The translations under genes and the position numbers were made by a program. The notes under the pieces are model-generated. The model searched no databases and was not told where the DNA came from. It saw only the letters and a program-made list of their open reading frames with translations. A stretch of DNA of 58,550 bases from Gammaproteobacteria bacterium (GTDB taxonomy: Bacteria > Pseudomonadota > Gammaproteobacteria > GCA-001735895), in assembly GCA_050298595.1 (NCBI GenBank), contig JBNKUM010000026.1, positions 1 through 58,550 of the forward strand. The letters are read 5' to 3'. This document shows, piece after piece, positions 26,683 through 37,276 of this stretch (position 1 is the first letter of the stretch; each line of letters starts with the position of its first letter).

Positions 26683-29600
26683 CTGAAATAGGTTAAATCA
26701 TTGAGTTTGAAGGGGTTGATTGCGCTGTTTGCGCGCAACTCAAACTTGACATTGCGTTTGCCGATCGAGAAGTCGAGCAGGAATTGTTCTGATCGGGCAC
26801 CACGTGTCATGGTTGCCTTGTCGAATAGTCTAAACAGTGCCCAGGGACTTTCAAAGCTCAGGCTGGAAGTCCTTCCCGGTAGCCGGGGAAGTAATTGCAA
26901 ATTGATTTGACCCGTTTTGGCGGGCCCCGGCCACGTCATGGGCGTGGCAACCACTGGACCATGGGCATAGCTAAGCTGCTGACCGTCGATGGTGAGATTG
27001 AGATGAGTAATCTCCGGGCTCATACTCCTGGGTTTCAGGCTAAAGCCCAGTGAGGGGGTCTGACTGCCCAAACTAAAAAAACTATTTTTGATGTTCTGGG
27101 CGCGTTTAAACTGACGCAGGGTGTTTTCGGATACACAGGCTTCTGAGTCGTCTTGCTGAACCCAGCGCCATGTTGGTTGAGAACGATCCACATTGGCCGC
27201 TAAATATTTATCAAAAAATTGATCTATCGTACCATTCGGTCCAAAAAATCGACCAAAATCCTCAGGCGTTATTTCCTGAACTTGCTTACGGTTAATCGGA
27301 TAACGATCAGCGATGGCGAGCTTATAAAATTCCAGTACACTGCTTTGCCAACTGTTCTGGATATGTTGACAAACATTACCCTGGATCAAGCTGGAGCTAT
27401 CACGAGTAATTGTCGTTAGCATCGAGTCCAGAGGGTAAGGATATTGTTTGGCGGTATTTTGCACTTTGCTCAGCACCTGACCGATTTGCCTGCGCTTGAC
27501 CTGCACCAGTTCTTCGCTACTGGTCAGTGTCAGAGAGGTTAGCTCCAGGTAAAGTTCATTGAGCAGTGAGATAAGTCCCTCTACAGGCGCTGGCGCCTCA
27601 CCGGATTGATGGACCAGTTTATTTAAATCATTGAAAGCGGTCGATACCCGGGCTGTGTCGAAGCGGCTTAATTCTTCTGGTGATTTATCCGTTAGCGAGG
27701 AGGTAAGGTTGCGCCAACGCTTTTTCACCGCATCCCAGGTTCCTCCAATCGGCCCACCAGGAGCCATTTGTTCGGTGCTCGGGTAGAGGTTGGTCTCCTT
27801 CTCAATCGCAGCAAGCAGTTGCAGTAAGGGTGACTGTTCAGAGGACAGGATACCCAGAACCTCGACAGAATGCTCAACGCTGGTGAAGGGCTGGATAGTC
27901 AAATCCGCCAAAAGCTGGCGCCAATGCAGGACAAAGTCATCCAGATAACGCCGATGCACAAGATGACGTAATTGCTGAAATTCATTGTCCGAGGTGAGGA
28001 TCTGGATATTTTCACCCAGTACCCAACTGGTATTTGCCAATTGCTGGATTAATTCTTCGCTTTTAGGCAGAAACAGCTGGTGATAACCCGAGTAGGTATA
28101 TAGCGTGTTGAGTCCCTCGTTGAGTGGTTTGCCGCTTTTGCGCTTAAATACCAGGGGGGCGCTGCGGCCTGCTGCATCACTGATTCGAAAGGGAGATGGA
28201 TCGTTTAGCATCAGTATTTTTTTAAGTTCAGCATATACTCTTTGATCCAGTGGAGTACTAGCCAGTGTGGTGCGAGCACGCTTGATCAGTGCTTCATCCA
28301 GAGCGCGAGGTAAGGGGGCGGGGCGAGCCTGGAACAGGCTCGCCAGGTGCCGGTCGAAAGACTTCCGCTGCGCAGGGTTGATTGAAATACTGGTCTTTCC
28401 GAATAAGTCTTTTGCTACCCAACTCTTAAAGCTATCACTGTTATAATGCTCGTCGTATTCAGGTTTCAGCATCAGATAAAATTTGAGCGCTGTAAAAAGT
28501 GTGTCCGAGTCGTGACCACTCCGACTAATATGTTGTTCCATTTGTGTCATCACGCTGGGCAGGAGCATCTCACGCAGTAGCTTCTCATAAAGTGAGGAAG
28601 TTGCCTGACCCAGTTTGTCATGTTGAGACAGGTTGAAGTCCCAATTAATGGTGCTAGAGTCGGTCTCGTCTATACCTGTAAGTGATCGTGCCTTGTCAAG
28701 AATCGGCAGGACTGCAACAGGGTCCCATTGGCCCGAAGGTAACGCCTGTAGTTGCTGCTTTAACTCTGCCGCCTGTTGCTGAACCAGGTCGATGTAACTA
28801 CTGTTATTGACATAGGCATTAATCAACAGGACAGATATCAAAAGAAACAGGATGAATATTCCACCAAATGCACCATAGCGCATGAGTTTTATTCGCTGCT
28901 CTATCTTCGGGTCGCTACCCACTAATCCAGATTCAGTGAATATCACGTCACTAAGAAGCTTGTTGATGAAGAAACTTTTACCACTTCCAGCCGGAGGTGC
29001 AACGAGCTGTCGGTCAACACCAAAATTGGAGGCCAGAGAACCCATGATTCGATCGATGGGTGAGCCTTCCTGGGTGGCACTGGTGAAATATAGACCGCGT
29101 AAGAGTACCGGTTGATGAAACTTGCTGAGGTCGAAGATCTGTTTGACAAAGTGGGATATGGTTCCCTTTAACGCGCTGAACTGCTGTGGAAAGGTGTAGA
29201 TTGCCTCGCGTCGTTGACGATTGCGTTGACCTTCCAGTTTCTGCAGTATCTGGCTGTGAAGTCGTTGCTCTAACATGGAGAATTCGTCGTCAAGCCACTC
29301 CGAGTTATCCGACAGAGATGTTTCCAGATCGAAGGTGGCGCCCCACACCTGAGCCCTGTCGTTCTGGTTCAGTTCATCGAAAAACTCCATGAAACCATGC
29401 ACTAGATCGAATTTTGTAAACAGAATATAGATCGGTATCCTTACACCCAGTTGCTCGTATAGCTCCTGAATTCGGCTACGGATAGCCTGCGCATGGGCGA
29501 GGTGCTCCTCGCTGGTTTGTGCCATCAGATCTGAGATGCTGATCGCTACCATCGCGCCGTTGACAGGCCGCCGTCGACGGTACTTTTTTAGCAGGCTGAG

Positions 29601-30227
29601 AAATCCCAGCCAGCCCTGGCGATCAAGTTCCTGATGACTGTCCTGAGTGGCGTATCGACCGGCAGTATCCAGAAGCACCGCGTCTTCAGCAAACCACCAG
29701 TCACAATTGCGGGTGCCGCCTATTCCCTTGATCGCCGACTTGCCAAATTCCTCCTCCAGCGCAAACTTAAGATTGGAGTTTTTCAGCAGGGTGGTTTTGC
29801 CACAGCCTGGAGGGCCAATGATGATGTACCAGGGTAATTGATAAAGAAACTGGTGGTTTCCACCACCCAGTCTAGCCTTTTTCAACCCGGCCATGGCCTG
29901 TTCCATTTTCTCCTTGAGGGTCTCTAATTCTTCCTGGGAGAGTTGTTCATCAGGGCTGAGGGCTGGCATTTCTTTCGTTTGGGCGGAAATGCTGGCTATC
30001 ATCTCGCTGTTGCGCCGCCTGGCGCGCCAAAACAGAACAATGCGACTTATTGCCCAGATCAGAAATAAGATGCCGATGGCTATGAGTCTGTGTGATTCCT
30101 CTTCCAGTGGCTGGCTCTGGCCGAAGCCAAATAGTGGTCCCAGGTACCAGATGAACAATGCTATAGCTATGACGCCTAACAGCGTGATCAACCATCTTTG
30201 TTTTATTAATGTAATAATTTTTTTCAT
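26664..30227 (-). CDS. tssM: T6SS membrane-complex protein TssM/IcmF
   Basis: LYQLPWYIIIGPPGCGKTT, GTRNCDWWF, LDTAGRY, RGLYFTSATQEGSPID; WALFRL near the C-terminus. Confidence 0.95.
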   Translation of the reverse strand: MKKIITLIKQRWLITLLGVIAIALFIWYLGPLFGFGQSQPLEEESHRLIAIGILFLIWAISRIVLFWRARRRNSEMIASISAQTKEMPALSPDEQLSQEELETLKEKMEQAMAGLKKARLGGGNHQFLYQLPWYIIIGPPGCGKTTLLKNSNLKFALEEEFGKSAIKGIGGTRNCDWWFAEDAVLLDTAGRYATQDSHQELDRQGWLGFLSLLKKYRRRRPVNGAMVAISISDLMAQTSEEHLAHAQAIRSRIQELYEQLGVRIPIYILFTKFDLVHGFMEFFDELNQNDRAQVWGATFDLETSLSDNSEWLDDEFSMLEQRLHSQILQKLEGQRNRQRREAIYTFPQQFSALKGTISHFVKQIFDLSKFHQPVLLRGLYFTSATQEGSPIDRIMGSLASNFGVDRQLVAPPAGSGKSFFINKLLSDVIFTESGLVGSDPKIEQRIKLMRYGAFGGIFILFLLISVLLINAYVNNSSYIDLVQQQAAELKQQLQALPSGQWDPVAVLPILDKARSLTGIDETDSSTINWDFNLSQHDKLGQATSSLYEKLLREMLLPSVMTQMEQHISRSGHDSDTLFTALKFYLMLKPEYDEHYNSDSFKSWVAKDLFGKTSISINPAQRKSFDRHLASLFQARPAPLPRALDEALIKRARTTLASTPLDQRVYAELKKILMLNDPSPFRISDAAGRSAPLVFKRKSGKPLNEGLNTLYTYSGYHQLFLPKSEELIQQLANTSWVLGENIQILTSDNEFQQLRHLVHRRYLDDFVLHWRQLLADLTIQPFTSVEHSVEVLGILSSEQSPLLQLLAAIEKETNLYPSTEQMAPGGPIGGTWDAVKKRWRNLTSSLTDKSPEELSRFDTARVSTAFNDLNKLVHQSGEAPAPVEGLISLLNELYLELTSLTLTSSEELVQVKRRQIGQVLSKVQNTAKQYPYPLDSMLTTITRDSSSLIQGNVCQHIQNSWQSSVLEFYKLAIADRYPINRKQVQEITPEDFGRFFGPNGTIDQFFDKYLAANVDRSQPTWRWVQQDDSEACVSENTLRQFKRAQNIKNSFFSLGSQTPSLGFSLKPRSMSPEITHLNLTIDGQQLSYAHGPVVATPMTWPGPAKTGQINLQLLPRLPGRTSSLSFESPWALFRLFDKATMTRGARSEQFLLDFSIGKRNVKFELRANSAINPFKLNDLTYFRCPQKL

Positions 30228-30229
30228 GG

Positions 30230-31537
30230 CTACTGGATCAGTATGACTTCAACCCGGCGGTTTTTCGCTTTACCTGCACGGGTTTCGTTGGATGAGACTG
30301 GCTCCAGGTCAGCCCGGCCTTCGGTAGAAATCTGCCTGGGATTGATCAGGTTCTGACGGATGATTGTGGCAACAGCGTCCGCACGGGATTTGGACAGCGC
30401 CCAATTGGAAGGGAAACGGGCAGTGTGAATGGGATCGCTATCGGAGTGACCAATGACCCGGATCGCACCGGGTAGCTTATTGAGTTGTTTGGTAATCTGC
30501 TGCAGTAACGGTATCACGCTGCTTTGAATGGTGGCGCTGCCGGATCTGAAAAGGCTGTCACCTGGAATCACCACCTTGCTGAGACCGGATTGTCCCGTGA
30601 CCTGAACCTTGTTTTGCTCGATCTCGGCGGCGAGTAACAGGCTCAGGGATGGTTGCTTGAGAGGTGCGCTGATCGTTACTGGAGAAGCAGGAGTATCGTT
30701 GCGATAAGTTGGCGCTTCCATCGTGAATATAGCGGCATATACCGGATCCGACTTTTGGTTGAGACTGTTGAGCAACAGCAAAAATAACAGTGTTAGCAGT
30801 GCGCTTGCGACGGTACCTAGAACCCAGAGTGGGATTGCCCGAATAACCGGATTTTGAATATCCCTCACTCCCTGCCAATGGGGAGAGAGAGTATGCTCAA
30901 CGGGTTCCCGAACTTTATCCAGTTGTTGATAGAGCCATTCACGAATTGCCTGCAATTTGTCTTTACCGTCTCTGGCAATCCGATAGCGTCCTTCGAAACC
31001 CAGAGACAGGCAAAGATACATCAATTCTAACAATTCGCGATTGCGGGTAGGGGTTTCGGCAAGGGATTTGAGCATGGTAAAGAATCGTTCACCACCGGAA
31101 ATCTCCTGGTGAAAACTGCTCAACAAACTCTTTTGTGCCCAACCGCTGTCGCTACCCCATGGGGTGTTTAAAACCGCCTCATCTATTGCGGTGCAGAGTA
31201 TATAGCGGGCAGTATGAACCGTTTGCTGGTCGATCCCGTCAGTCAATGCCTGTTTTTGAAACTGATGAATCTCATTGGTGATCAATTCGCTAAGACTAGC
31301 TGTGTCGACCTGGTCAGGAAAAGTGCTGAGACGAGTCAGCAGTGCCAACAGTCCGGAAGCAGCGTGCTCCAGAGGGTTGAGATGGCCCAGATGATGAAGT
31401 CTTACGGGGCCATCAGATGGCCGTGGTTTAGGTCGATCAGGAGGCTTGTGCAAATCCGTACGGCGGCCGCCGGGTATGGGTTTAACGACCGTGTGGTCAT
31501 TGAATTCAGGAGCTGAGAAGGGATCATCTGGGTCCAT
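30230..31537 (-). CDS. tssL: T6SS TssL/DotU fused to an OmpA/MotB peptidoglycan-binding domain
   Basis: ARYILCTAIDEAV, GGERFF, YLCLSLGFEGRY; TM helix; GHSD..SNWALSKSRA..NRRVEV. Confidence 0.93.
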   Translation of the reverse strand: MDPDDPFSAPEFNDHTVVKPIPGGRRTDLHKPPDRPKPRPSDGPVRLHHLGHLNPLEHAASGLLALLTRLSTFPDQVDTASLSELITNEIHQFQKQALTDGIDQQTVHTARYILCTAIDEAVLNTPWGSDSGWAQKSLLSSFHQEISGGERFFTMLKSLAETPTRNRELLELMYLCLSLGFEGRYRIARDGKDKLQAIREWLYQQLDKVREPVEHTLSPHWQGVRDIQNPVIRAIPLWVLGTVASALLTLLFLLLLNSLNQKSDPVYAAIFTMEAPTYRNDTPASPVTISAPLKQPSLSLLLAAEIEQNKVQVTGQSGLSKVVIPGDSLFRSGSATIQSSVIPLLQQITKQLNKLPGAIRVIGHSDSDPIHTARFPSNWALSKSRADAVATIIRQNLINPRQISTEGRADLEPVSSNETRAGKAKNRRVEVILIQ

Positions 31538-31684
31538 GGCTATTGTCCAGGGTGATTCTTTGAGTGAGGTGACCTGATATTGGATAGTTTTGACTTAGCA
31601 GTGAATCGACTGCCTGAAGGGAGGGGGTCGATATGGCGAAAAGCTGCCCACCTCTGATTCGATGAAGGAATAGATGAAGCATAG

Positions 31685-33031
31685 TCATACCGACATTCCC
31701 TTGATCGCCCAAAACTCCAGCTCCATTTCAGGATAATCACCAGAAAAGAACATGGCAAAAGAGCCAGTTTCTTCCACACCTTTCCAGATTTCATTGTGTT
31801 TATCCAGTTCAAAATAAGTGAATTCAGAATGAAACGGAATCTGCCGTGGCGCGACCGGCAATGGTCGAATGGGAATGCCGGGCAAGTGAGATTTAACTAA
31901 CTGAGACAGTTGATCCTTACTGGCAATTGTGGTTTGGCGTGTAATCTGGCTTTGTAATTTATCTACTGAAATCTGTGCTTTAATTGCTAGCACAAATTGT
32001 GCAGATTTGATTAATTGCTTTTCGAACACAATGGCGGTGTACACACCTCGAGGATGTTTGACAAGTTCGATAGCAACAGCTGGTTTATCCAGTGCCCAAT
32101 CGAGCGAGATCCGAATTGAGCGTATCAGATCGCTAAAGCTGCGACTCAGATCCTGGTGGTTATAGGCGGGATAATCGTCAGGACGTCTCCGTTCGCTGGT
32201 GATCGTGGCCAGCTCACCAGCCATTTGCACCAGTATGCTGTAGAGTGTTTCAGGATGTAGTGTTGTGGTTTGCATCAGATGCTTGAATAGCGGTTCGTAT
32301 TGATTGACACACTGCAGCAGCAGGAAACCAACAAATTCACCAACACCGCCAGCACCAGGTGAGCCCAGGCTGCTGGCCAGTTCTTCTCCACGGTGGTGCA
32401 ACAATCCCTGAATATCTCTTATGCTATCGGTTAACCGTTGGGAGCCAATGCAATGCAAACAGGTGGGAATAAACTGTTCGTCTAGTACCACCATGTCATC
32501 AGCGCGGCGTTCGACCAAGCGGGCGACAGGGATTGTGGCGAAAGCCCCCTTGTCCTGGCTGTCGAGACGAATACGGGTGGCCAGAGAACCAGTTTCGATC
32601 ACTGCTTCAGCGGAGTTAGATTCGGTGTGCTGGTCATGAATGGAGAGCTCCTGGCGTATATAACGGCTTAAACCCTGGTCAGATTCGGCATTGCTGACAT
32701 CAATGCCAGTACTCGTTTCGAGCAGCAGGGCGAGCTCAAGCGTTTCATTTTTATGTTGCGGTTGAATTTCGAGGGGTGGAGGTAGCGGATGATTATCGGG
32801 CATATTGAAAGGTGTGCCGTCAGGAAAAACACCACTACAGCTTTTGATGGCAAATTTACCAAGTGAGAGTTTCTGGGTATCGATTTCGAGTCGTGTGATC
32901 CCCCAGGAGTAGGGGTGAAGTCCGCCACAGCGATCCTCAATCCAGCCACGAAAATGTCTTCCCTGCTGCTGGAAATGCTGTGGACGAAGAAACATTCCTT
33001 GAGTCCAGATAACCGGATTACGCCATGACAT
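31685..33031 (-). CDS. tssK: T6SS baseplate TssK
   Basis: VIWTQGMFLRPQHFQQQ, HPETLY, LPVAPRQIPFH and LEFWAIK. Confidence 0.95.
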   Translation of the reverse strand: MSWRNPVIWTQGMFLRPQHFQQQGRHFRGWIEDRCGGLHPYSWGITRLEIDTQKLSLGKFAIKSCSGVFPDGTPFNMPDNHPLPPPLEIQPQHKNETLELALLLETSTGIDVSNAESDQGLSRYIRQELSIHDQHTESNSAEAVIETGSLATRIRLDSQDKGAFATIPVARLVERRADDMVVLDEQFIPTCLHCIGSQRLTDSIRDIQGLLHHRGEELASSLGSPGAGGVGEFVGFLLLQCVNQYEPLFKHLMQTTTLHPETLYSILVQMAGELATITSERRRPDDYPAYNHQDLSRSFSDLIRSIRISLDWALDKPAVAIELVKHPRGVYTAIVFEKQLIKSAQFVLAIKAQISVDKLQSQITRQTTIASKDQLSQLVKSHLPGIPIRPLPVAPRQIPFHSEFTYFELDKHNEIWKGVEETGSFAMFFSGDYPEMELEFWAIKGMSV

Positions 33032-33076
33032 CTTACTCCTACTCCTTTTGGGTGAAATTTAATGGATGTTATTTTG

Positions 33077-33559
33077 TTACTCAGCTCGAATTGATACCGA
33101 CAACCTATCCAGTTGAATAATCAAATTGGTAACGCGCTCCACGGGGATAGGGACGGCCGCCTTCCAGGTCGCTTGATCAATGTTACGGAACGCGGCGATG
33201 ACTGCCAGGTACTGAGTATCCGCTGTCGGTGTTCGGGTGTAAAGTTTTTTGCCCCCCGGCATCATACTGAATTCTTCGCGGTAAATCAGATCATCCCCAA
33301 AAGTGGCAGCTTCTTCATTGTAGAGAGGGAAAAAATCGGTAGTATTGAAGGCACCGAGGTTTTTAAGTTCGTATAAGCGCACAACTATGGGTGAAGATCG
33401 GCCTTCACCATCCGGGTTGATAACATCGGTGGCGAGAATTTGAGCGTTGATGATGGTTGCAGGTGCTGCCGGCGGATCCTTACTAAAACAGGCGCTAATA
33501 AGTAACGTCATCAATAGAAAGGTAAAAAGTGTGATTGGTCGGGATAGTTGTTTGTTCAC
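33077..33559 (-). CDS. tssJ: T6SS lipoprotein TssJ
   Basis: Lipobox LISAC; INPDGEGRSSPIVVRLYEL; AVIAAFRNIDQATW. Confidence 0.93.
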   Translation of the reverse strand: MNKQLSRPITLFTFLLMTLLISACFSKDPPAAPATIINAQILATDVINPDGEGRSSPIVVRLYELKNLGAFNTTDFFPLYNEEAATFGDDLIYREEFSMMPGGKKLYTRTPTADTQYLAVIAAFRNIDQATWKAAVPIPVERVTNLIIQLDRLSVSIRAE

Positions 33560-33573
33560 TTTGTGCTCATCGG

Positions 33574-35025
33574 TTATTTTTTTGTTTTTCGCAATTGATC
33601 ATCATAAGCCCTGGCGAAGGCACGACCAAACAGGTGGTTGAAGTCGTCATGGGCCTCTTTTTCAATCTCACTGTAAAGATCCTGGAATAGATCCCACAGC
33701 ATGGCCTGTTTGTGTATCGGTATCTTGACGCTGATAGGGCTTTTTGTTTGCAGGCGCTGCTCAAGATGCTCTGGATTAAACCTCTTTAGCACGTCGTGAA
33801 GTGCCGAGCGCATTCCGGCCATAACCGCTATTTCATGAGCGCCAATGTCACTGAAGGCCTCGTCTATCGCTTCTTTAGCCGGCATATAGGCTTCGCCTAT
33901 AGGGGAGAGCATTTTTATGAGTGATTCTTGTGCCGACGGAGAAAACTTAAGGGGGTTGTTTCTACGCCCATGGACAATAGTAACATCCAGTCCTAGCTCA
34001 TTTTTGATTCTCGACCTTGCCCATAGTACCTGGATGGCTCCTTGCAATGAACAGCTCAATAGTTGGCCAATGAGATAAAAGCTGTTCGCATTAAGGGTGC
34101 TGGCGAGACTACTATTTTCAATACCGGCCCCTTTTAGAAAGTTATGGATATGTTCCAGTTCAACTTCTGTGCTGGAAGTTGAGGGTGGTTGTTGCTCAGG
34201 TTTCCGGGGTAGCGTGGCCGGTGTTTCATGTTGATTTAATAAATGTTTTTTATCTTCGCTGGTGGGCTCGATTTCAGCAAAGGGATCTTTGGTATTAGTG
34301 TTTGCTATATAATTGTCGGCCCCCATTTCATCAGATTTCACAAAAGAGTCGAGAAAGCTGAAGTCATCGGCGTCGTTATAGTTTTTTGCTTTCTGGTCTA
34401 GCCGATCTTCTTTATCTTCTTTTGTGGGCTCGATATCGGCAAAAAGATCAGTGTTATCAAGGTTTGTCAGGTCTTTGTCGGGTGATATTGGGCCCGAGTT
34501 CCGAATAGATTTGAGAAAGCTGAGATCTTCGGTGTCATGATAGTTTTGTTCTTTCTGCTCCAGCAGATCTTCCTTCTCTGCAACAATATTGGCAAATGGA
34601 TCCTCTAATGCAGAGTCGAGTTTATCGATATCCTTGAGCAGAGAATTCGGGTTTTCATAGCCCTCTGTGTAGCTGAGATCCTGTGAGGCAGCATGCTCAC
34701 TCTGATTAGTGATCGATACTTTGATCTCGTAGTCTCCTAATATCAGTAAGTCGTTGTTATTAAGTTTGGTGCTTTGACCGTTAACCAGCATCTTATTGGT
34801 ATGGTTTATAGCGATACCATTGGTGCTGGTGTCTGTGATGTAATAACCATCAGCGCGATATTCGACTTCTGCATGTTTGCCTGATACGACATTTTCGGGA
34901 TCAATTAAAACCAGTGAGTTGCCTTTTCGGCGGCCGATAGAAATACGCTCATGCCCGACACTAATAGAGGCTGGTATAGGCGGTGGGGCCCCTTTGTAAG
35001 ATGTAACGGTTAGAGTTAAAAGCAT
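33574..35025 (-). CDS. tagH: T6SS FHA-domain protein Fha/TagH
   Basis: FHA motifs IGR..VSGKHA..DTSTNG; C-terminal NNPLKFS..HEIA..LFGRAFARAY; acidic repeat linker. Confidence 0.9.
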   Translation of the reverse strand: MLLTLTVTSYKGAPPPIPASISVGHERISIGRRKGNSLVLIDPENVVSGKHAEVEYRADGYYITDTSTNGIAINHTNKMLVNGQSTKLNNNDLLILGDYEIKVSITNQSEHAASQDLSYTEGYENPNSLLKDIDKLDSALEDPFANIVAEKEDLLEQKEQNYHDTEDLSFLKSIRNSGPISPDKDLTNLDNTDLFADIEPTKEDKEDRLDQKAKNYNDADDFSFLDSFVKSDEMGADNYIANTNTKDPFAEIEPTSEDKKHLLNQHETPATLPRKPEQQPPSTSSTEVELEHIHNFLKGAGIENSSLASTLNANSFYLIGQLLSCSLQGAIQVLWARSRIKNELGLDVTIVHGRRNNPLKFSPSAQESLIKMLSPIGEAYMPAKEAIDEAFSDIGAHEIAVMAGMRSALHDVLKRFNPEHLEQRLQTKSPISVKIPIHKQAMLWDLFQDLYSEIEKEAHDDFNHLFGRAFARAYDDQLRKTKK

Positions 35026-35589
35026 GTCAAAGGCCTTATCACCAGGTATAAATGCACTTTTTTCAGCTCCATTATTCTAGTAGGTTTTCCATGGTCAGCT
35101 TAGAATACTAGAAAAATTCAGGACTGTTAACAATTAATACAATAAATATTGCCTGATGATTTAATTGCTGGATAGAGCGGCTTTGGCTCTTTAATCAGGG
35201 AAAAGATGAAGTTAGGCCTTACAATCTGTAAGGCTGAGCATCAGTGGCGTAGGGTGGCGTCAATCAACAGAGAAATTAGTATTGCCGCCACAGGGGATAT
35301 GTAGTATAAAAAGGCTGGTTTTGAAAAAGGCGCCACACTGTTAGATAAAGGCCTGGAATTATGGTTTATATCTTCAATTTTATGGTATCTCGACTGGGTT
35401 ATGAGCATTGCCTGCCAGTCCGTATACTTGCTTTAATGGAAAAACTAGATCAATAGGAAATTGGTATTTTACTAAATATTTAGCACTAGTGAGGGTGTAT
35501 TCGATTTAGCTGATCGACCCAGAATTACAACTATTTACAGTCAACCTAAGAGAGCAGAATGGTTGGCGTAACCAAATTGGAGTTGTATT

Positions 35590-36633
35590 GTGACGAACCT
35601 GGATCCTGGACAGTTTCTTGAGGAGATCTCAACAGAATCGCCGTGCGGGGAAGATCTTGAGTATGATCCTGAATTTGGCGAAATGGAAAGGTCGGCTCAG
35701 GGCAAACCTGAACAACAGATTGGTGATACCTTAATTCCAACAGAAGAGGCGGATTGGCTTGCTGTTAAAGCCAGGGCAACTTCTCTGTTCAAACGCACTA
35801 AAGATCTTCGTGTCGCCGTTTACCTGACTCGTTCATTATTACATACAGAAGGCCTGCCCGGTTTAAGGGATGGCCTAAGACTGATTCAAGGCTTATTGGA
35901 AAACTATTGGGACAGTGTGCATCCACAACTCGACCCCGCCGACAATAACGATCCAACCTTACGTATAAACACGCTAACCACGCTTTACGACCCAGAGACT
36001 GTATTACACAGTTTACGCGAAGCAATACTGGTTAATTCACCACTGCTTGGTCGATTCAGTCTTCGTGATATTTTAATTACTTTGGGCAAGCTGACCCTCC
36101 CGGCCAGTTCTGATGAAAAAGCCGTTGAGATTTCCACCATAAATGCTGCATTTATGGATGCCCCACTGGATGATCTACAAAACACTGCTGACGCTATCCA
36201 TCAGTCTATTGAGTGTGTTTCAGCGATCGAATCACAACTCATGGATAAGGTTGGTTCCAAGCAGATGGGTGATTTCAGTACACTGTTGAATTTGTTAAGG
36301 GAGGCGCAGCATATTATGACTGAACATTTAACTCAGCGAGGTGCCAGTACTGGTGAAGCTAAAGCTTCATCTGAAGTGGTTAATGAAGCACCCGGTACCC
36401 AGGCATCCGTTCAGTCGTTCCCTAACGCGATAAATACCCAGGAAGATGTGATCAGGGTATTAGACATGGCATGTGAATACTTTAAACGTCATGAACCATC
36501 GAGTCCCGTACCACTGTTACTACAGCGTGCCAAACGTCTGGTAGCTAAGGACTTTATGGAAATCCTGAGAGATCTGACACCTGCCGGTGTAACACAGGCT
36601 GAGGAGATTAGTGGAGTGCCCCATCAGAAATAG
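35590..36633 (+). CDS. tssA: T6SS TssA (ImpA N-terminal domain)
   Basis: PCGEDLEYDPEF, TKDLRV, YWDSVHP and HEPSSPVPLLLQRA. Confidence 0.93.
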   Translation: MTNLDPGQFLEEISTESPCGEDLEYDPEFGEMERSAQGKPEQQIGDTLIPTEEADWLAVKARATSLFKRTKDLRVAVYLTRSLLHTEGLPGLRDGLRLIQGLLENYWDSVHPQLDPADNNDPTLRINTLTTLYDPETVLHSLREAILVNSPLLGRFSLRDILITLGKLTLPASSDEKAVEISTINAAFMDAPLDDLQNTADAIHQSIECVSAIESQLMDKVGSKQMGDFSTLLNLLREAQHIMTEHLTQRGASTGEAKASSEVVNEAPGTQASVQSFPNAINTQEDVIRVLDMACEYFKRHEPSSPVPLLLQRAKRLVAKDFMEILRDLTPAGVTQAEEISGVPHQK

Positions 36634-36730
36634 AAAATAATTCAGCAACGAGGGATGGAGTACCATACTGTAGTGTTGTAATGAATGGACTGCATCATTT
36701 ACGGGTTTATAAAATTTAAGGAGATGAATT

Positions 36731-37273
36731 GTGGCAAAAGCAAGTAGTCAAAAATTTATAGCACGAAACCGTGCTCCTCGCGTGCAAATAGAATATGACG
36801 TAGAAGTCTATGGTGCGGAAAAGAAGGTGCAGTTACCTTTCGTTATGGGGGTAATGTCGGATCTTTCTGGTAAACAGGATCCGGACAACCCGCTACCACC
36901 AGTCGCTGATCGCAAATATCTGGAAATTGATGTTGATAATTTCGATGAGCGTATGAAGGCAATGAAACCGCGAGCTGGATTTCAGGTGCCCAATACATTG
37001 ACAGGCGAGGGCAATATCAGCGTTGATATCACCTTCGAAAGCATGGATGATTTTTCGCCCGCTGCCATTGCACGCAAAGTCGATGTGCTAAATAAGTTGT
37101 TACAGGCACGCACGCAACTTTCCAATCTGGTTACTTATATGGATGGTAAAACCGGTGCAGAGGAGTTAATTGCAAAAGCGATTGCTGATCCAGCACTATT
37201 AGAGGCACTCGTGTCCGCGCCAAACGCTAATGGGGAAGACGCAGCCGAGACACAGAAGGAAGAGGAGAAATAA
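36731..37273 (+). CDS. tssB: T6SS sheath small subunit TssB
   Basis: SSQKFIARNRAPRVQIEYDVE..LPFVMGVMSDLSG. Confidence 0.96.
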   Translation: MAKASSQKFIARNRAPRVQIEYDVEVYGAEKKVQLPFVMGVMSDLSGKQDPDNPLPPVADRKYLEIDVDNFDERMKAMKPRAGFQVPNTLTGEGNISVDITFESMDDFSPAAIARKVDVLNKLLQARTQLSNLVTYMDGKTGAEELIAKAIADPALLEALVSAPNANGEDAAETQKEEEK

Positions 37274-37276
37274 GAG

